Below, piece after piece: positions 61,739 through 64,000 of a DNA stretch of 64,000 nt (positions are counted from its first letter, which is position 1; the number at the start of each line of letters is the position of its first letter). The DNA is from an uncultured Gemmatimonadaceae bacterium. GTDB taxonomy: Bacteria; Gemmatimonadota; Gemmatimonadetes; Gemmatimonadales; Gemmatimonadaceae. The position numbers were made by a program, and so were the translations under genes. The DNA lies in contig CAVUDW010000003.1 of NCBI GenBank assembly GCA_963740355.1, forward strand, positions 1,728,001-1,792,000, given 5' to 3'. The notes below the pieces were generated by a model. The model had not been told where the DNA came from. It saw only the letters and a list, made by a program, of their open reading frames with translations, and searched no databases.

Positions 61739-62619
61739 TCGCCGCTGCCTGCCTGCTGGTCGCGGCCGGATCACTCGCCGCACAACCGATCACCGTTCGT
61801 GATGGCGCCGGCCTGCCGGTCACCATGAATGCACCAGCGCGACGTGTGGCATCCACGATGTCATCCGCACTCGACATCATCGTCTCCCTTGGCGGCGCCG
61901 ATCGCGTCGCCGCACGCACGCGGTATGACACCGCTGCTGCGATCCGGCGCGCCGTGGATGTCGGCGGCGGGCTGGACCCGAGCCTTGAGATCCTGTTGTC
62001 GGCACGTCCGGATCTTTTCATCGCGTGGAAGGGGCAAGCCACATCAGCCGTCGTCAATCGGATGCGCGCCGTCGGCGTGCCTGTCTACCTCGTCGAGACA
62101 CGCGACACCACCGCACTGTACGCCACCGTGCGCGACCTGGGCGCGCTGCTCGGCCTCGCGCCGCGCGCTGCAGCGGCGGCGAACACGCTGCGCGCTGAAT
62201 TGCGTGCGATACAGGTCGCGAGCGCGAAGGGGCCGCGACTCTGGGGCGTGTATCTGGTGAGTCGATCGCCGCTGATCATCTCGGCCCAGCGGAGCTACAT
62301 GGCGGAGTTGATCGGTGTGGCGGGCGCGGACAATCCCTTCACCGATGTGAAGGGTGAATTCCCCACCCTCGCGCTCGAGTCGTTCATTGCGCGCGATCCC
62401 GATGTGATCATCGTCGGTCGGCGCGACGACCGAAGCAGCCAGTTGGCCGCGTTGCGCAGCGCGCCCGGCTGGCGCGACCTGCGTGCGGTGCGCGCCGGTG
62501 CGGTGATCGAGGTGGACGGCGAACAGTGGGGACGCCCCACGCTGCGCGTCGGCGCGCTGGCGCGCGACCTCGCGGCAGAGCTCCGACGCGTGGCGCCACT
62601 GGTCCGCCGCGGCAAGTAG
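61717..62619 (+). CDS. Periplasmic cobalamin/Fe-siderophore-binding protein (BtuF-like)
   Basis: Signal peptide, PARRVAS, PSLEILLSARPDL, ARDPDVII, LRAVRAG, RPTLR. Confidence 0.8.
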   Translation: MEFPRSVVAAACLLVAAGSLAAQPITVRDGAGLPVTMNAPARRVASTMSSALDIIVSLGGADRVAARTRYDTAAAIRRAVDVGGGLDPSLEILLSARPDLFIAWKGQATSAVVNRMRAVGVPVYLVETRDTTALYATVRDLGALLGLAPRAAAAANTLRAELRAIQVASAKGPRLWGVYLVSRSPLIISAQRSYMAELIGVAGADNPFTDVKGEFPTLALESFIARDPDVIIVGRRDDRSSQLAALRSAPGWRDLRAVRAGAVIEVDGEQWGRPTLRVGALARDLAAELRRVAPLVRRGK

Positions 62620-62648
62620 CCGCGGCGGAGTCAGTCAGGAGAAGTCAG

Positions 62649-63062
62649 TCAGGCAGCTTCAGCCCAGGCCAGGCTGACCGCGCGCCGCGCCGAGCGTTTC
62701 AGCGCACGATGCACGGTGCGCGCGTACCGCATGAAGTTCTCGCCCGCCGACGGCCAGCGGGCGAAGAAATCCTGCGGATGCTGATCCGCTTTCAGCCGGT
62801 TGCATGGCCCACACGCGACCACGACGTTGCCGGGTTGTGAGCGTCCGCCGCGTGAGATCGGCTGCACATGATCGAGCGTGGCGTCGGCAAACGGCATGAT
62901 CCAGCCGCAGTACACGCAGCGCTGGTCACAATCGCGGTAGGCCGCCGTCTTGAGCGCCCGCCGAACAGCGGGGGCCAGGGTGTCGCGACGCTCGAAGCGG
63001 TCGTTGCGTGGCTCGCGTCCCAGCGGACGCCGAAGGTTGTGGTGGTGCCAGAAAGCGGTCAT
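62649..63062 (-). CDS. HNH endonuclease (McrA-like, two CxxC)
   Basis: CVYCG, TLDHVQPISRGG, NVVVACGPCNRLK. Confidence 0.9.
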   Translation of the reverse strand: MTAFWHHHNLRRPLGREPRNDRFERRDTLAPAVRRALKTAAYRDCDQRCVYCGWIMPFADATLDHVQPISRGGRSQPGNVVVACGPCNRLKADQHPQDFFARWPSAGENFMRYARTVHRALKRSARRAVSLAWAEAA

Positions 63063-63238
63063 GCCGCTCCCGCCAGACAAACCTCGAAGCGCAGTCCTGA
63101 ACGAAACATCTACAGCCCTCGTTGGCCGATGACGTCCTTAGGTACGTGCACGTGCGTCTGAGCAACACATTCGAACAACCGCACGAATTCCGCAAGGGCC
63201 GTGCAGCGACGGTCACGTCACGGGGGCGCATCGGTTCT

Positions 63239-63396
63239 GATCAAGGGGTCAGAGATCTTGCTCGTCGGACGAGCAAGATCTCTGACCCCTTGATCGACCA
63301 AGATCTCTGACCCCTTGATCGACCAAGATCTCTGACCCCTTGATCGACCAAGATCTCTGACCCCTTGATCGGACAAGATCTCTGACCCCTTGATCG
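63239..63396. repeat. Perfect palindrome plus five tandem 25-bp units (CAAGATCTCTGACCCCTTGATCGAC)
   Basis: 28-bp arms 63239-63266 / 63268-63295 around a single G. Direct units start at 63274, 63299, 63324, 63349 and 63374. Confidence 0.95.
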
Positions 63397-63453
63397 GCTG
63401 CGTGCGCGGAAGCGCCGCTGGCCACCGTCCGTCAGTTGCGACAACGCCGGCGT

Positions 63454-63939
63454 TCAGACTTCGTCGGTGCTCCGTCGCGCATACCGCACGGCCGACTCGC
63501 GCACGCGCATCGGATCGTGCAGCGCCGTGAGGATCTGCACCGCCGTTGCATCGAGACGCTGGCGCGAAGAGGGCTCACCGCCCGTGAACGGGAGCGGCAC
63601 GTCCCATCCATCACCGTGCATGCGCGGGATCACGTGCACGTGATAGTGAAACACGTCCTGGCCGGCGGCACTGCCACTGCTCACGAGCAGGTTCATGCCG
63701 TCACACCGCGTCACATCGCGGATGACTTCGCCGAGGCGCCACGCGACATCGAAGAGGTGCTTGCCGAGTGGGCCTGGAATGTCCTCGAGCGACGCGTAGT
63801 GCTCGCGCGGCACGACCAGCGCATGCCCACGATTCACCGGCTGGATATCCATGAAGGCCACCGCATCGGCGTCTTCGTAGCAGATGGATACTTCGCCTGC
63901 ACCCTTGATCAGGTCACAGAACACACAGTGTGATGACAC
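63454..63939 (-). CDS. HIT family nucleotide hydrolase
   Basis: CVFC, FMDIQPVNRGHALVVP, GQDVFHYHVHVIPR. Confidence 0.93.
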   Translation of the reverse strand: MSSHCVFCDLIKGAGEVSICYEDADAVAFMDIQPVNRGHALVVPREHYASLEDIPGPLGKHLFDVAWRLGEVIRDVTRCDGMNLLVSSGSAAGQDVFHYHVHVIPRMHGDGWDVPLPFTGGEPSSRQRLDATAVQILTALHDPMRVRESAVRYARRSTDEV

Positions 63940-64000
63940 GAAACGAATACCGGATGAGGCGTAGGAAAACGAAAATGGCGCGGGACCCGTACCCTGAGAT

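Noticed and set aside
63239..63396. CRISPR array
   Set aside because: Units are head-to-tail with only 3 nearly constant bases between cores. There are no unique spacers and no cas genes.

Overview
GC-rich bacterial chromosome segment with about 47 genes. Gene content and style suggest Gemmatimonadota, but that assignment is inference. It holds mostly housekeeping and accessory genes: imuB and dnaE2, an aldehyde dehydrogenase, ispH, a GH3 glucosidase, pfkA, helicases, two tandem Ser/Thr kinases, lon, PBP1A and nadE. I found no rRNA, tRNA, CRISPR array, transposase or prophage. Main points of interest: (1) a photoactive yellow protein (PYP) homologue lies inside the imuB-dnaE2 mutagenesis cassette, head-to-head with dnaE2, and a bciA-like divinyl-chlorophyllide reductase lies about 2 kb past dnaE2; (2) a family of palindromic repeats occurs at 1.35-2.0, 18.1 and 41.2 kb, and one copy sits in-frame inside a ~200-aa insertion in DnaE2; (3) a SAM-II-like riboswitch with a terminator-like hairpin precedes an ATP-grasp ligase and a luciferase-like monooxygenase; (4) a perfect palindrome plus a 5x25-bp tandem array lies just upstream of an HNH nuclease; (5) many genes have a TANNNT hexamer 6-7 nt before the start codon, suggesting leaderless mRNAs; (6) an SF2 helicase has its motif-Ia-like segment before the Walker A motif. 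Five genes carry seven +1 frameshifts, which look like sequencing errors.
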